DNA of 64,000 nt from a virus: positions 10,180 through 74,179 of IMG/VR virus record IMGVR_UViG_3300017964_000010; one strand, written 5' to 3'. Each line of letters begins with the position of its first letter. Position 1 is the first letter of the stretch. Below the pieces are notes generated by a model, which had not been told where the DNA came from, made no database searches, and saw nothing but the letters and a program-made list of their open reading frames with translations. This document shows, one piece after another, positions 11,230-21,900 of the stretch. A program made the position numbers and the translations under genes.

Positions 11230-11475
11230 TTAAAAGGTATCACCCCCATCTAGTTCTTGGCTTATATATTTTTGTTCAGCGGCATCAAAAACTAATACAT
11301 GTCCTTCTGCAAGACCTAAAAGAGTTGGATCATCTGTATTTGTTTCATCCACATCTACATCAACAATATCTCTTAATCTAGCACGAAGTTGAACCCGTTT
11401 TGTTGTAAAAACGGGTGTTCCTACAGTAATTTTTTTTACAACTGTTTTATTTGATACTAACTTTATACTAGACAT
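11230..11475 (-). CDS. Small virion-associated hypothetical protein
   Basis: 81 aa. L.D..DVD...G.VLV motif and C-terminal LDGG.F seen in phage fibre proteins. Confidence 0.6.
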   Translation of the reverse strand: MSSIKLVSNKTVVKKITVGTPVFTTKRVQLRARLRDIVDVDVDETNTDDPTLLGLAEGHVLVFDAAEQKYISQELDGGDTF

Positions 11476-11484
11476 TATTTACCT

Positions 11485-11871
11485 CTAAGTTACGGATGGA
11501 GTAACCTGTATATTACCCTCTAATATTCTTTCAACTATTGTAGCTTGTTCTGCAGAATCATATCTTGATATTTCAACATCATAAACATATCTACCCGGTT
11601 TTAAAGCATTTGTCTGTTCATTAGTTAAAGATAAATGTATAACATAATCTAAATTATCCGGATCAACCGTAGTTGCAAAAAATGATATAGCATCAGAATC
11701 TTTAGTATTATAAGTTTTTTTTAATTTTGCATTCACATTATATAATGGAACAAAGGTAGCAGTTTCATCTTGAGTATTTAATTGTTTAGGAGATCCGTCT
11801 GGATTATATAAATCCAGCCTAATAGTTACATCCGAACCTTTATCAATTGTTAAATCTTCGTATTGTGCCAT
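11485..11871 (-). CDS. BppU-like fibre-attachment/baseplate domain protein
   Basis: 128 aa. MAQY.DLTIDKGSD...LSLT..QT..L..GRYVYDVEI...RILEG.I.VTPSVT pattern. Confidence 0.65.
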   Translation of the reverse strand: MAQYEDLTIDKGSDVTIRLDLYNPDGSPKQLNTQDETATFVPLYNVNAKLKKTYNTKDSDAISFFATTVDPDNLDYVIHLSLTNEQTNALKPGRYVYDVEISRYDSAEQATIVERILEGNIQVTPSVT

Positions 11872-11882
11872 TTTCTTTCTCG

Positions 11883-13397
11883 TTATAAAATTTCTATATC
11901 CGTAATATATAAGTTTGCACCGGCTGCTTTACCACCAGAATAATCAAAAGTTCCACATAAAAATGCAAAACTATAAGTTGCATCATTTTGTACCTGTACT
12001 GTTACTGTTTGCCATCCACTATCGCCGCCTACAGAATTTTGAGTTTCATTTAATAATGTTTGTTGATAGTGGTTTCCCGGAGACGTGTCCCAAGATTGTA
12101 ACCAAGCAAAAACATCATATGCATCGCCACCACCAACTGCTCTCCACTTAAAGCGAACTGAATTACTTGTTGTTAAAGGAATCCAAGATAAGCTTGTTAA
12201 TAATGGACCATGAACAACATCGTAGCCATTTTGTGTCGTTCCTGAGTTATACAGTCTCATACAATAATAACCTAGTTGAGTGCTGCCTCCTTGTACGGTA
12301 TCTGTAGGACTTTTAAACTCAAAATTATAAACGGCGCCAGAAGCAAAATCTCCAAGATCACCTTGGCTAGTTCCGCTACTACCCGAAGGTGTCGGTGTAG
12401 GATCGATCGGCATATTAATACCTTTATCCGTAAATCCTGATCTACGCCAATATATTGTACTACCCGTGTGTGATGGAGAAGTACTTTTTCCTAAATTTTT
12501 ATTTGATCTATGTACATCCCAGCCTAATAGTTGTGATATAGGTTGACTATTATATGTACTTGAATATAATGTAGTATTTTGAAAATTAGGATTTATAAAA
12601 CCTATACTCGTATCTAAAAGAGTAAATGGTGTTGTCACTAAATCGCCGCCGTCAGAATCTAATCCAGGAAATCTTATTCTTAAATCTATATTACCTTCAG
12701 CTTTATTATCGGCAGCAAAAGAACAACGAAGATTTAAAACAGGTGTTAAATAATTTAAAACATTAAATTCTGTTGAATTTAATTCCCAACCAGGTCGTGA
12801 TCCTTGTGTAAAAGCAGAACCAGCCCCTCCTATTTGTACGCCGTCTAAGTTAAGAAAATCTGAACTATCAAAATTGGGATCTGGGCCATATGCTGGTTCA
12901 ATTACATAATATATACCTCTCCATGGATCATAACCAGCTGGCCAATTGCCTCCAGTATCAGTACTTACAGTTTTTACAACAGTACCCAATGATCTTCGTA
13001 CATCATTAGTTGTACCGTTTTCTACTCTATAGGTTGCATCAAATTGCAAAGTAACATCATTAAAAAAACCTGTATTCGGGGGCTCTGCAACATGACTTAC
13101 AGTAAAACCGGTTGTTCTTGTTTGAAAATCTCTTATACTTATTTCAGTTCCACGATTTTTTGCACCAATAGTTCTCCTACTATTTGATGTAGATGTTCCA
13201 ATTCTTCCGTTTGGATCTTCTGGTACATTAAGCCAAGCACTAAAGAAATTATCTTGTTCAGGAACATATATTCCGCCTCTATATAAATCTGCAAAAGATA
13301 AAGGCTGGTTATTACCAACATTAAATGCTGACCTAAGATCATCAAAAGAAAATTCAGTTCCTAAGCTTCTTGGAAATAAATTTCGGTTATAACTCAT
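11883..13397 (-). CDS. Putative tail fibre tip/receptor-binding protein
   Basis: 504 aa, beta-rich, jelly-roll-like C-terminus. Overlaps the stop of the S74 fibre gene. Confidence 0.55.
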   Translation of the reverse strand: MSYNRNLFPRSLGTEFSFDDLRSAFNVGNNQPLSFADLYRGGIYVPEQDNFFSAWLNVPEDPNGRIGTSTSNSRRTIGAKNRGTEISIRDFQTRTTGFTVSHVAEPPNTGFFNDVTLQFDATYRVENGTTNDVRRSLGTVVKTVSTDTGGNWPAGYDPWRGIYYVIEPAYGPDPNFDSSDFLNLDGVQIGGAGSAFTQGSRPGWELNSTEFNVLNYLTPVLNLRCSFAADNKAEGNIDLRIRFPGLDSDGGDLVTTPFTLLDTSIGFINPNFQNTTLYSSTYNSQPISQLLGWDVHRSNKNLGKSTSPSHTGSTIYWRRSGFTDKGINMPIDPTPTPSGSSGTSQGDLGDFASGAVYNFEFKSPTDTVQGGSTQLGYYCMRLYNSGTTQNGYDVVHGPLLTSLSWIPLTTSNSVRFKWRAVGGGDAYDVFAWLQSWDTSPGNHYQQTLLNETQNSVGGDSGWQTVTVQVQNDATYSFAFLCGTFDYSGGKAAGANLYITDIEIL

Positions 13398-14428
13398 GCT
13401 ACTTTATCTTTATTTTTTAATTCTTCTATTTCAGCTTTTAATTCTTTTACGGCTTCTACAAGTAAACCTATCATATTAGCATAATGTAAAGCTTTATTTC
13501 CTTGAGGTGTTTCATATACTGCTTCCGGTAAAACTTTTTCAACTTCTTGAGCAATAAGACCTGGTAATCTAATATCACTACCTATATAATTAAATGTATA
13601 TCCGTTTAATTCCATCACTTTATCAACAGGATTGTTAATAAGTTCTAAATTTTCTTTAAGAGATATATCGGAAAAACTAGCAAAACCTGTTATATTTCCA
13701 GAAACATATAATTCACCCGTAATATAATAATCTCCAAGCATATTGGAATCGCCAAACTTAGAAATAAATGAAGTATTACCTCTAGTTTCAACATAAGACG
13801 AATCAATAATAGTTGTTAAATCTACTGCAGTTACAGAAGCTCCGTGGCCATATGTATCAAATGTAATACTTTGTAAAACATTAGTCCCAGAATTTATAGA
13901 ATTTGTTAAACCTCCGGCAGTTGGATGAGAAATATAAACTGGACCACTACCTGGAGTAATTAAACCCCCACCACTTAATCCAACACCAGCAAAGACACCT
14001 GCAGATTCTAAGAATATTGTGCCACCATTAGACTCTACCATAGATAAAATGTGTCCAGCATTATCAATTGTAATATTACGAATAATATTTGAATTACCAG
14101 AATTATTTATTGAAGTTGCAGAACTTATTGCGTGATTAAGAGAAATTGTATCATTTGCACTATCAAATATGCCTCCGCTTAAACTATCAAAGCCTATACT
14201 TGCATTAATTGTATAAGGAAAATGTAAATTATTATTGGAACTAATTGCACTATCAAGCTGTTGAACAGTAACAAAAGTATTACCTCCGGATAATACATAA
14301 CCAACAAAGTCCATAACATTAACACGAGAAGAAGCTTGAGGCTTACCGCCTACATTAGAAATAACAAGATAATCTCCCGAATCTATGTCGGCTTGTTGAA
14401 TTGGTGTTAAATCTAATATTCTTACCAT
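13394..14428 (-). CDS. Tail fibre with C-terminal peptidase S74 intramolecular chaperone
   Basis: FSDISLKENL...LNGYTF...GLIAQEVEKVLPEAV...Y..MIGLLVEAVKELKAEIEEL. Confidence 0.85.
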   Translation of the reverse strand: MVRILDLTPIQQADIDSGDYLVISNVGGKPQASSRVNVMDFVGYVLSGGNTFVTVQQLDSAISSNNNLHFPYTINASIGFDSLSGGIFDSANDTISLNHAISSATSINNSGNSNIIRNITIDNAGHILSMVESNGGTIFLESAGVFAGVGLSGGGLITPGSGPVYISHPTAGGLTNSINSGTNVLQSITFDTYGHGASVTAVDLTTIIDSSYVETRGNTSFISKFGDSNMLGDYYITGELYVSGNITGFASFSDISLKENLELINNPVDKVMELNGYTFNYIGSDIRLPGLIAQEVEKVLPEAVYETPQGNKALHYANMIGLLVEAVKELKAEIEELKNKDKVA

Positions 14429-14445
14429 TTTTTTTTCTTTCTATA

Positions 14446-15675
14446 TTATAATTGGGTCATTGTGCCTGTTGTATCAATATCTTCGTTTGCATCAGTTCCG
14501 TACCAAAATAATGATACATTTACTGACCATTTAGTTCCACTGGCAATAAAATGGTTGCCGCCGGTTCTTCGAGTTGGAGCTGCTACTCCATTATTGCCTA
14601 TTGGTACTAATACATCATTATTAGAAACATCATAAGCAACCGCAACTCCTTCATTTTTGCCATAAGGATCATTATTTGATGTTCCTATATATATTACATC
14701 ACCAACTGAATAACCACCATCGGCACTAGTACATATTATTTTTAATTGTATATCATCGGGTCTTCTTGATATTCCTGTAGGAAAATTACTGGCGTTCCAT
14801 CTATATGTTGCAGAATTAGCAGGTACTGCTATAGTGACATCTTGTCTATAAACCTTTGTTGCTGCTACTGAAGAAAGATCTGCTGGTTCAAAAGTAAAGT
14901 TTCCGGTTCCGTTATTATAAGTTAAAGAACCGCCGCCACTAGCAGCATTTGTAATTACAGCTAAATCTGTTAAAGCTATTCCGCCGCTGTCTGGATCAAC
15001 TCTTGCGTTAATATATGCAGAATCAATTAAATTAAGTGTTATTGCTTGAGCTGTTGCTGAATCAATTCCTGCCGGCGAAATATTATTATTAATATTATTA
15101 ATAATATTATTCATATTAACTCTAAATTGACCAGTAGCGGTATTATAATCAAGTGAACTGTCACCAGGGTAAGTTCCTATTGCAGCATAAACTCTCTGAT
15201 TAGTATAATAAAGATTTGAACTACCTTCTTGTAAATCATCTGTTGTATTTTGTAAAAATTCTTTATCAAAGTAGCCTACTGGCATTCTAGCAGAATCTAA
15301 AACACCCGTAATTATCATACAAGCATCTAATCCGGGAATTAACTGTGCATTAAACACACCAGTTCCGACTTTACTTGCATCTAAAGTAGGAATATCAGAA
15401 TCTCTAATGGTATTCGAAGAAAATGTAAAAACGCCTGTTGCCGGACTATAAGATAAACTAGAATGTGGAGCATTATTACTTGCGTTTAGTGATACACTAT
15501 TACGAATAAATGATTGAGTTGTTCTACTATTAACTTCATTTAAAGCCTGAACAAGATCAGTAGTTACCGGAGTAGTTAAATTATCCGGATCTCCAACATT
15601 ACTTGAGATAAGATTTGTTTTTTGTCTAAAGGTCTCAAACGTGTCTGTCAAATTAACTGTAGGTTTTCTGGCCAT
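14446..15675 (-). CDS. Tail fibre-like protein, paralog of 17621..18769
   Basis: Shared N-terminus (MAR..V.L....E..RQKTNL) and 18-aa repeats. Confidence 0.7.
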   Translation of the reverse strand: MARKPTVNLTDTFETFRQKTNLISSNVGDPDNLTTPVTTDLVQALNEVNSRTTQSFIRNSVSLNASNNAPHSSLSYSPATGVFTFSSNTIRDSDIPTLDASKVGTGVFNAQLIPGLDACMIITGVLDSARMPVGYFDKEFLQNTTDDLQEGSSNLYYTNQRVYAAIGTYPGDSSLDYNTATGQFRVNMNNIINNINNNISPAGIDSATAQAITLNLIDSAYINARVDPDSGGIALTDLAVITNAASGGGSLTYNNGTGNFTFEPADLSSVAATKVYRQDVTIAVPANSATYRWNASNFPTGISRRPDDIQLKIICTSADGGYSVGDVIYIGTSNNDPYGKNEGVAVAYDVSNNDVLVPIGNNGVAAPTRRTGGNHFIASGTKWSVNVSLFWYGTDANEDIDTTGTMTQL

Positions 15676-15707
15676 TTTTATACCATCTCTAAAATTTTAA
15701 TTAATAC

Positions 15708-15715
15708 TATTTATA
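15708..15715 (-). promoter_or_regulatory. T4-type late promoter TATAAATA
   Basis: Exact match, intergenic, upstream of 15675. Confidence 0.8.
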
Positions 15716-15733
15716 ACAAATTATTTAGATTTA

Positions 15734-17611
15734 TTAGAAAAAGAGTACTGCAACTGCACCAGATGATCCAGAACCAGAAGATGTAGAAGATGCGCCTCCA
15801 CCGCCGCCAAAATTACCACCATTTGAACCGGTTCCTCCACCATGACCGCACAGCACTTTACCATTTGATCTTACTAAATGTGTTGATGTACCATATTGTG
15901 ATAAAATTAAATTTACTTCAGTTCCAGTAAGAGAACCATTAGGACCTCCCGCAGGACCGCCCGAACTTTGAACTCCCGCGGCTGCACCTGCTGCATCACC
16001 ACCATTTATATTATAATCACCGCCTGATGCACCACCACCATTAGGCCCGATTTGTACAACATTTCCACCAATTCCACCACCGCCGTAAACCGGAGAACTT
16101 AAAGATCCGCCCGTAACTGTAGTATTACCTCCATTTGCTCCTGCAGCATTACTACTACCAACGCCTCCTGCACCAACATTAAAGTTAAATGTTTCTCCTG
16201 GCAAAACCTGAGTTATTCTTATTGCAACACCCCCACCTCCGCCGCCAAAACTTTGAGAACCGACACCGCCTGCTGCTCCTCCACCAATAGAAACAAAAGC
16301 AACATTTCTTGCTGAATTAATTGACCATGTTTGATTTGCAGCATAAACAGATACTGAAGTAGGTGCCGTCGAAAATAAACCAGTGTTAATGTCAAATGTA
16401 GGTAAAGGATCTGATGTTAATCCTATAACACCATTTAAAATAACATCATCTCTTATAGCAGTCCATGCATTATATAAATCATTAAAGTATTGTACAATAT
16501 TTTCATCTTCATTTAATTGTGTCGGATCTAAGTTATTTTCATCAGTAACTATTGATGGTATAGTAGGATCTATATTTGTTCTATATTGGGGCCCCATATA
16601 TGCTACTTGTGTTTCATCATATACCGTACCATCTTCTCTTGTAGCAAGCACTCTTAATTTTCTTATATTTGTATATTTATTTGCCTCGGTTAAAAATACA
16701 TCAAATATTTTGTCACCATCTATTTTATATCCTAATCCTAAATGATTATCACCCCTTATAGAATTAACTAGATCTTGTTCATTAAATACTGGACCAGTGC
16801 CAGGAAGAGAAGATGGTGTTTCTTCTTTTAATATAATACCGCCTGATACACCATTACCGCCGTTATTACCGCCTCCTGCCGCCCCGGTTCCACCAGAGCC
16901 TATTTGGGTAATTACCATATAAATTGTTTGACCCGAATATGCAGATAAATCTAAATCCGTTTCTACTTTTTCTCCAGCACTTCCGCCCTTACCGCCATTA
17001 CCGGATTCATCATATCGATCTGGTAAATCTCCTCCTCCACCGCCGCCGCCGGCTCCTATACCTGTAGCATCAGTACCACTACTTGATTCTCTTGCAACAC
17101 CACCAGTTCCTATTGTACCATAATTTGGATCAGAAGATACAACACTTCCTCCTACAGTAGCCGGTTTTGGTCCACTATTACTAAAAGAAACAGCACAGCT
17201 TGCACCACCTTCACCGCCTGCTAAATCATAAGCTTTTATAAGAGTGCCGGTTGGCGATCCTGCTCTAAATTCAAATATAGTATTAGTACCATTACCACCT
17301 TTTCTATCACCCGTAGGACCACCACCAGGACCGCCATTTTCTCTACCATGGCCTCCGCCACCACCACCGGCAACAGCTATAAAAGAAACACTATTTCTTA
17401 CACCTAAAATAACAGTATCTGGTGATGTTATAGTTGCAGAACCACCAAATGCAGCTGCCACTTTAGGATCACTCTGTACTTCTGGTCCATCATCTCCGGA
17501 CCAAACTATTTCAGCAATTATTCTATCGTGAAAAATTTCTTTAAATTTTCTAACAATAGGAAGTACTTCTACTTCATCATTTAAATTTCCTATTACATTT
17601 CCAGCTACCAT
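15734..17611 (-). CDS. Glycine-rich tail fibre/adhesin protein (two Gly-rich domains)
   Basis: Two VAGGGGGG/IGGGAAGG...GGxGxSG.V.. modules resembling gp38-like polyglycine domains. Confidence 0.7.
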   Translation of the reverse strand: MVAGNVIGNLNDEVEVLPIVRKFKEIFHDRIIAEIVWSGDDGPEVQSDPKVAAAFGGSATITSPDTVILGVRNSVSFIAVAGGGGGGHGRENGGPGGGPTGDRKGGNGTNTIFEFRAGSPTGTLIKAYDLAGGEGGASCAVSFSNSGPKPATVGGSVVSSDPNYGTIGTGGVARESSSGTDATGIGAGGGGGGGDLPDRYDESGNGGKGGSAGEKVETDLDLSAYSGQTIYMVITQIGSGGTGAAGGGNNGGNGVSGGIILKEETPSSLPGTGPVFNEQDLVNSIRGDNHLGLGYKIDGDKIFDVFLTEANKYTNIRKLRVLATREDGTVYDETQVAYMGPQYRTNIDPTIPSIVTDENNLDPTQLNEDENIVQYFNDLYNAWTAIRDDVILNGVIGLTSDPLPTFDINTGLFSTAPTSVSVYAANQTWSINSARNVAFVSIGGGAAGGVGSQSFGGGGGGVAIRITQVLPGETFNFNVGAGGVGSSNAAGANGGNTTVTGGSLSSPVYGGGGIGGNVVQIGPNGGGASGGDYNINGGDAAGAAAGVQSSGGPAGGPNGSLTGTEVNLILSQYGTSTHLVRSNGKVLCGHGGGTGSNGGNFGGGGGASSTSSGSGSSGAVAVLFF

Positions 17612-17620
17612 ATTGTACTC

Positions 17621-18769
17621 CTACACTTTAAGTACACACTCAACTAATTTTTCTTCTTGATTTTTATTTGTTTCAAGAGCAATACCAACAATTGCTGTGG
17701 TTTTTAGTGTAGTACAAATACCGTCTTTTAGAGCAAAGACTGCTTGACCTTTATTAACGGGCCCTTCTACCCTTACTGGAACACGACCCTTTAGTCCAAC
17801 ATACTGCCCTTCAGCTTCACTATTCATCATAAGAGCTGGTTTTGTAGAAATTACACCAATACAATAATCGGACATTGTTGCTTCTCTAACTTCATAATCT
17901 TTACTATCTGAAACAGCAACTGCGGTTCCAGGAATTAATTCTTCACGTGTTGTATATTTTTCTGCAAGGTCAGCATACAGTGAAGAGGTTGCAACACCAT
18001 CAAAAGTAGTAGCATACATAGTAGCAAATCTATTTGTATCCTCTCCTATATCATAGGTATTATTACTTGCAGATAGAACATGATCATTAATTGTAAGATT
18101 AGATGACATTGTTACGCCACCTGTAAATGTTTTATTACCACTTATTGTTTGTAAATTAGTAAGAAGAACTGGTCCGTGTGGATTTGAACCATAAAGAGTT
18201 GTTGGAAAACCAAATCCCAGAGAATCTAATTCAATAGGATGATCAATTGGTATTGGTGGTATACAAGGTAATCTGTTTATCTCGCCTTTAATTTTTGAAC
18301 CGCGTGTATCTGGAATATGATTTGAATCTATAATACCAGATGTAATAATACTACCAGGCAAATTTGGAACATGTGCAACGCCCAACTGATCTGAAGTAAT
18401 TTTAGTTGCAGATATATTGGGTATTCTTGCTGGATCAAATGTACCAGATGTTATTTTTCCTGCCGGGAGAGAAGGAACCAAGCTTGGTGTAAGAGGATTT
18501 GTTACAAAAGTAAATTCTCCATTAGCACTATTATAAGATAATTGTGCAAGAGAATTTGGCCCAGAAGTAGTTAAAGAAATAAGCTGTGCTATTTCAGCCG
18601 AATCTAAAAATTTATTATCTAAGTAATTAATAGCTGAAACAATACTTACATCATCAGGAGCTGGCACTTGAAGATTGTCTAAATCTCCAAGATATTCTCC
18701 TGTTAAGTTTGTTTTCTGTCTCCACGCTTCAATAGAGTTACTTAGGTCTACATATACTTGCCTTGCCAT
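17621..18769 (-). CDS. Tail fibre with C-terminal autocleaving chaperone (peptidase G2-like)
   Basis: YADLAEKY...PGT.V...IGVISTKPA.LMN...VGLKGRVPVRV.GPV.KG. Confidence 0.75.
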   Translation of the reverse strand: MARQVYVDLSNSIEAWRQKTNLTGEYLGDLDNLQVPAPDDVSIVSAINYLDNKFLDSAEIAQLISLTTSGPNSLAQLSYNSANGEFTFVTNPLTPSLVPSLPAGKITSGTFDPARIPNISATKITSDQLGVAHVPNLPGSIITSGIIDSNHIPDTRGSKIKGEINRLPCIPPIPIDHPIELDSLGFGFPTTLYGSNPHGPVLLTNLQTISGNKTFTGGVTMSSNLTINDHVLSASNNTYDIGEDTNRFATMYATTFDGVATSSLYADLAEKYTTREELIPGTAVAVSDSKDYEVREATMSDYCIGVISTKPALMMNSEAEGQYVGLKGRVPVRVEGPVNKGQAVFALKDGICTTLKTTAIVGIALETNKNQEEKLVECVLKV

Positions 18770-18987
18770 TAATCACCTATTTTATTTAAAAGAGTTGAAA
18801 GTAATTCTTTTATTTCTGTAACATCGTCTTTTAATTTTTCCAATTCTTGCTTTTCTCTTTTTTTCTTTTTTAATGCTTGTCTTGATTTAATAATTGTTTC
18901 ATCATCACTTATTACAATTGCTCCAGACTCTAAATCTCTTTTATATCCTGGAAAATTATCTACCATTGCATATTTATGATTTTTCAA
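18769..18987 (-). CDS. Small coiled-coil hypothetical protein
   Basis: 72 aa. RD..SGAI and LK.DV.EIK.LL pattern typical of T4-like phages after the VrlC-like gene. Confidence 0.65.
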   Translation of the reverse strand: MKNHKYAMVDNFPGYKRDLESGAIVISDDETIIKSRQALKKKKREKQELEKLKDDVTEIKELLSTLLNKIGD

Positions 18988-18988
18988 T

Positions 18989-21900
18989 TTAATCTCCTAA
19001 TGCAATTACTCTAAGATCACGTATTACAGGTACCTTAGTCTGATTTCCTGATCTCATAACAATTTTCAATTGAAACTGTGTAAATTCTTCACTAGAACCA
19101 TCAGATTTACCAACTAAGTAACGATATTCTCTAAAGATAAGAGGATCATCATCGGAACCAATTGCTTTTTCTGGTTCAACTTTAATAAATGGTATACCTT
19201 CTATTGAAGCTTCGCTGGTTACTCTATAATACATATCAATAAATGTATCTGATGGTCTATTAGCTCCCATAAGAATTTTTAATCCAACTGATGATGCTGT
19301 TAATCTTACCGGTTTTGTTATATGTTTAGCAATAGAAGGACCGTCTTCCCTTGTTTCTCCAAATAGTGGATCATAGTATGCCGTTCTGTTACTGGTGCCC
19401 ATAATAGCATTTACTGTATCACTATCTAATGAGTGAGACCATTCAATAGGCTTATTCTGAGTTGTACTTTGTGTATTACTTGGATTATCAATAAGATTTG
19501 TAGTAAGGGTTGCCGAGTTTCTTTGTAAGTCGATAACAGGACTTACATAAACATTACTTGATCTTATTTCAGCTTCTAAAACTAAAGATGTTGCAAGCTT
19601 AGAAGGTGGAGAAACTCTATGCATTGTTCTCATAATATTATCTTGATTAGGAGAAACCAACGTAGATACAGTATCAAGTATATCAACACTTCCTAAAATA
19701 TTTGGAGTATTATCCGCATATGATTTACCAGTAGACATTTTAACCTGATAATCTATTCTAGTTTTTGGTGGTTCAATTGCTTGAACAGCTGGCCAAATAA
19801 TATTATAATTATATGCTTGTTCAACAGATACGTTATTACCACCAGTTATTGATCTAAAATATAAATTTGGTTTTGTAAGACTAGATGGTGCTGAAAATAC
19901 AAATCCAGTAGGATCAACTTCAGTTAAAGTAAATGGTGTATTATTTAAGTCACTATCTATTGGTGTTCCAGTGATTCCACTTAAATTAATAGTGTCTCCT
20001 ACATATAAACCGTGTAATGGTGATCTAACGTAAACATCACTATAATTTGAACTATCTCTAAAGAAAAATTCTATAGGATCTGAAGCTAAGATTCTTTTTG
20101 GTACCGGAACATTTTTAAAGACGGCTTTCGTTGTTTTATCTACATGGAATTCAGCTTTATATAATGTAAATTTAAGATCAGTTTTAAAATCTGGTTCCCA
20201 AGTTCTACTATTCTGCGATTTAAAGAAAGAGCCAAGATATGGCTGAGTATTAATTTTTTCTGTTGTAGATCCTAATTTAAACTCGCCCATTGTTGAAATA
20301 TATGTTTCATATGCATCACTATTTGAAATAACTACAATAGCATATTCTGTAGCTGGTTTTAAATATACTGGTTCTCTAAATACTGCTTTTGTTTCTGCTG
20401 AAGCATCTGAAGAAACAACTACATCTGATGCCGGAATAGTAACAATCGAACCCGGTAGTGCAACATCTGAAGATGGAACACCATTTACTGTTGGTCTAAT
20501 TTGAATAGAAACCGGAAAAGCTTGATCGCTCGTATCTTTTTTTGAAAAGAATAGTCCGACTTCTGTTAAGAAAACACCAGTTCCTTCGGTAACTAAAAAT
20601 GATTGTGCAATAGGATCTTGATAACCAAGCACACATTTTATTACTCCTGCGGTATCTTGAACAATTCCTGTTGCAGTTTCAATTGTGTCATCAATTAAAT
20701 CTCCAGTAGCAGTAGCCACACCGCCCATAGCAGATGTTATTCCTCCAATGAGATCTCCTTGGAAAACCTCTCCTATACCATCAGCAATACCTCCAGCAAC
20801 AGTTTGTAAAGCACCAAGGAAGTCTATACCACCACCTTTTGATCTAACATTTATTGTTTCCGTCTTAGTTGTAGACTCTCCGACAATATGAAGCATTCTT
20901 GTAGATAAAACATCTTCTTGTCTTGTAGTAAGTGTTCCAGTAGAACTAAAAATTGCCTGAGCAGCACATGATGCATTTTGCTTTTTAAACTCTGTAATAT
21001 CTAATAGAGTAAATTCTAAATCTCCAGTTCTAAAATTACCGTTAGCACGGGTGCTTGATGATGGTATAAAGAAACTGCCTTGAATTTTACCCGAACCGTC
21101 GGTATAAAGTTTTGTTTTTCCGCCTAAATTGCTCGGATATTCCGTTGCTGATTTATATAAATTGCTTACTTCAGTTTGTTTTGTAGTGTTAACACCAGTA
21201 AATTGATCTTGTCTTACCCAATCTGCAATAGATCTGCCGTCAAAATAAGCAAATACTTGTGTATTAGGAGCTAAACCTTCGGCTTGGAAACTCACAATCT
21301 TTGATCTCATAAAAGGTAAAAATGCAACATCAACGACCCGATCATCAATTATTTCTCTAATAGTTTCTGAAGCAACAACTCTATTTACAACAGTTTCTGT
21401 TGTAACATCAGTTCCTCTAGTAGTTTTTTTGTTCCAGAACCAACCTTTTGTTTCTTTCCAATCTCTTCTTGATATTTCATTAGTAACTGAAGCTTCAGCT
21501 CCGACATCAAGACCATCAATATCAGTGCCGCCCCAATTCCATTCATGGGCTCCCCATTGAAGTGCCAAATCAGTATTAAGCAGAGTTCCGCCGGGAATAA
21601 TTTTTTCTGGAAGATAATCTGTTTCATACCAATCATCTGATGCAGGAGAAAGAGTTAATGATCCATTATAAAATAAATTTAAATAAGGATTAACATTTAT
21701 TGTAGAGGAAGCAACGTCTTGAACAATATAAGGTGTTGTAGTATATGTTGTATATACATTATCGCCTTTCATAATTGTATTTGTAGAAGCATTTGAATCG
21801 TAATAAAAACCAATATTATTTGTAATTGCTCTGGGTCTTAACGCTTTATTTCTAGGATCTATTGCAGCAGAATAATCAGGATGTGTAATATCGGAATAAT

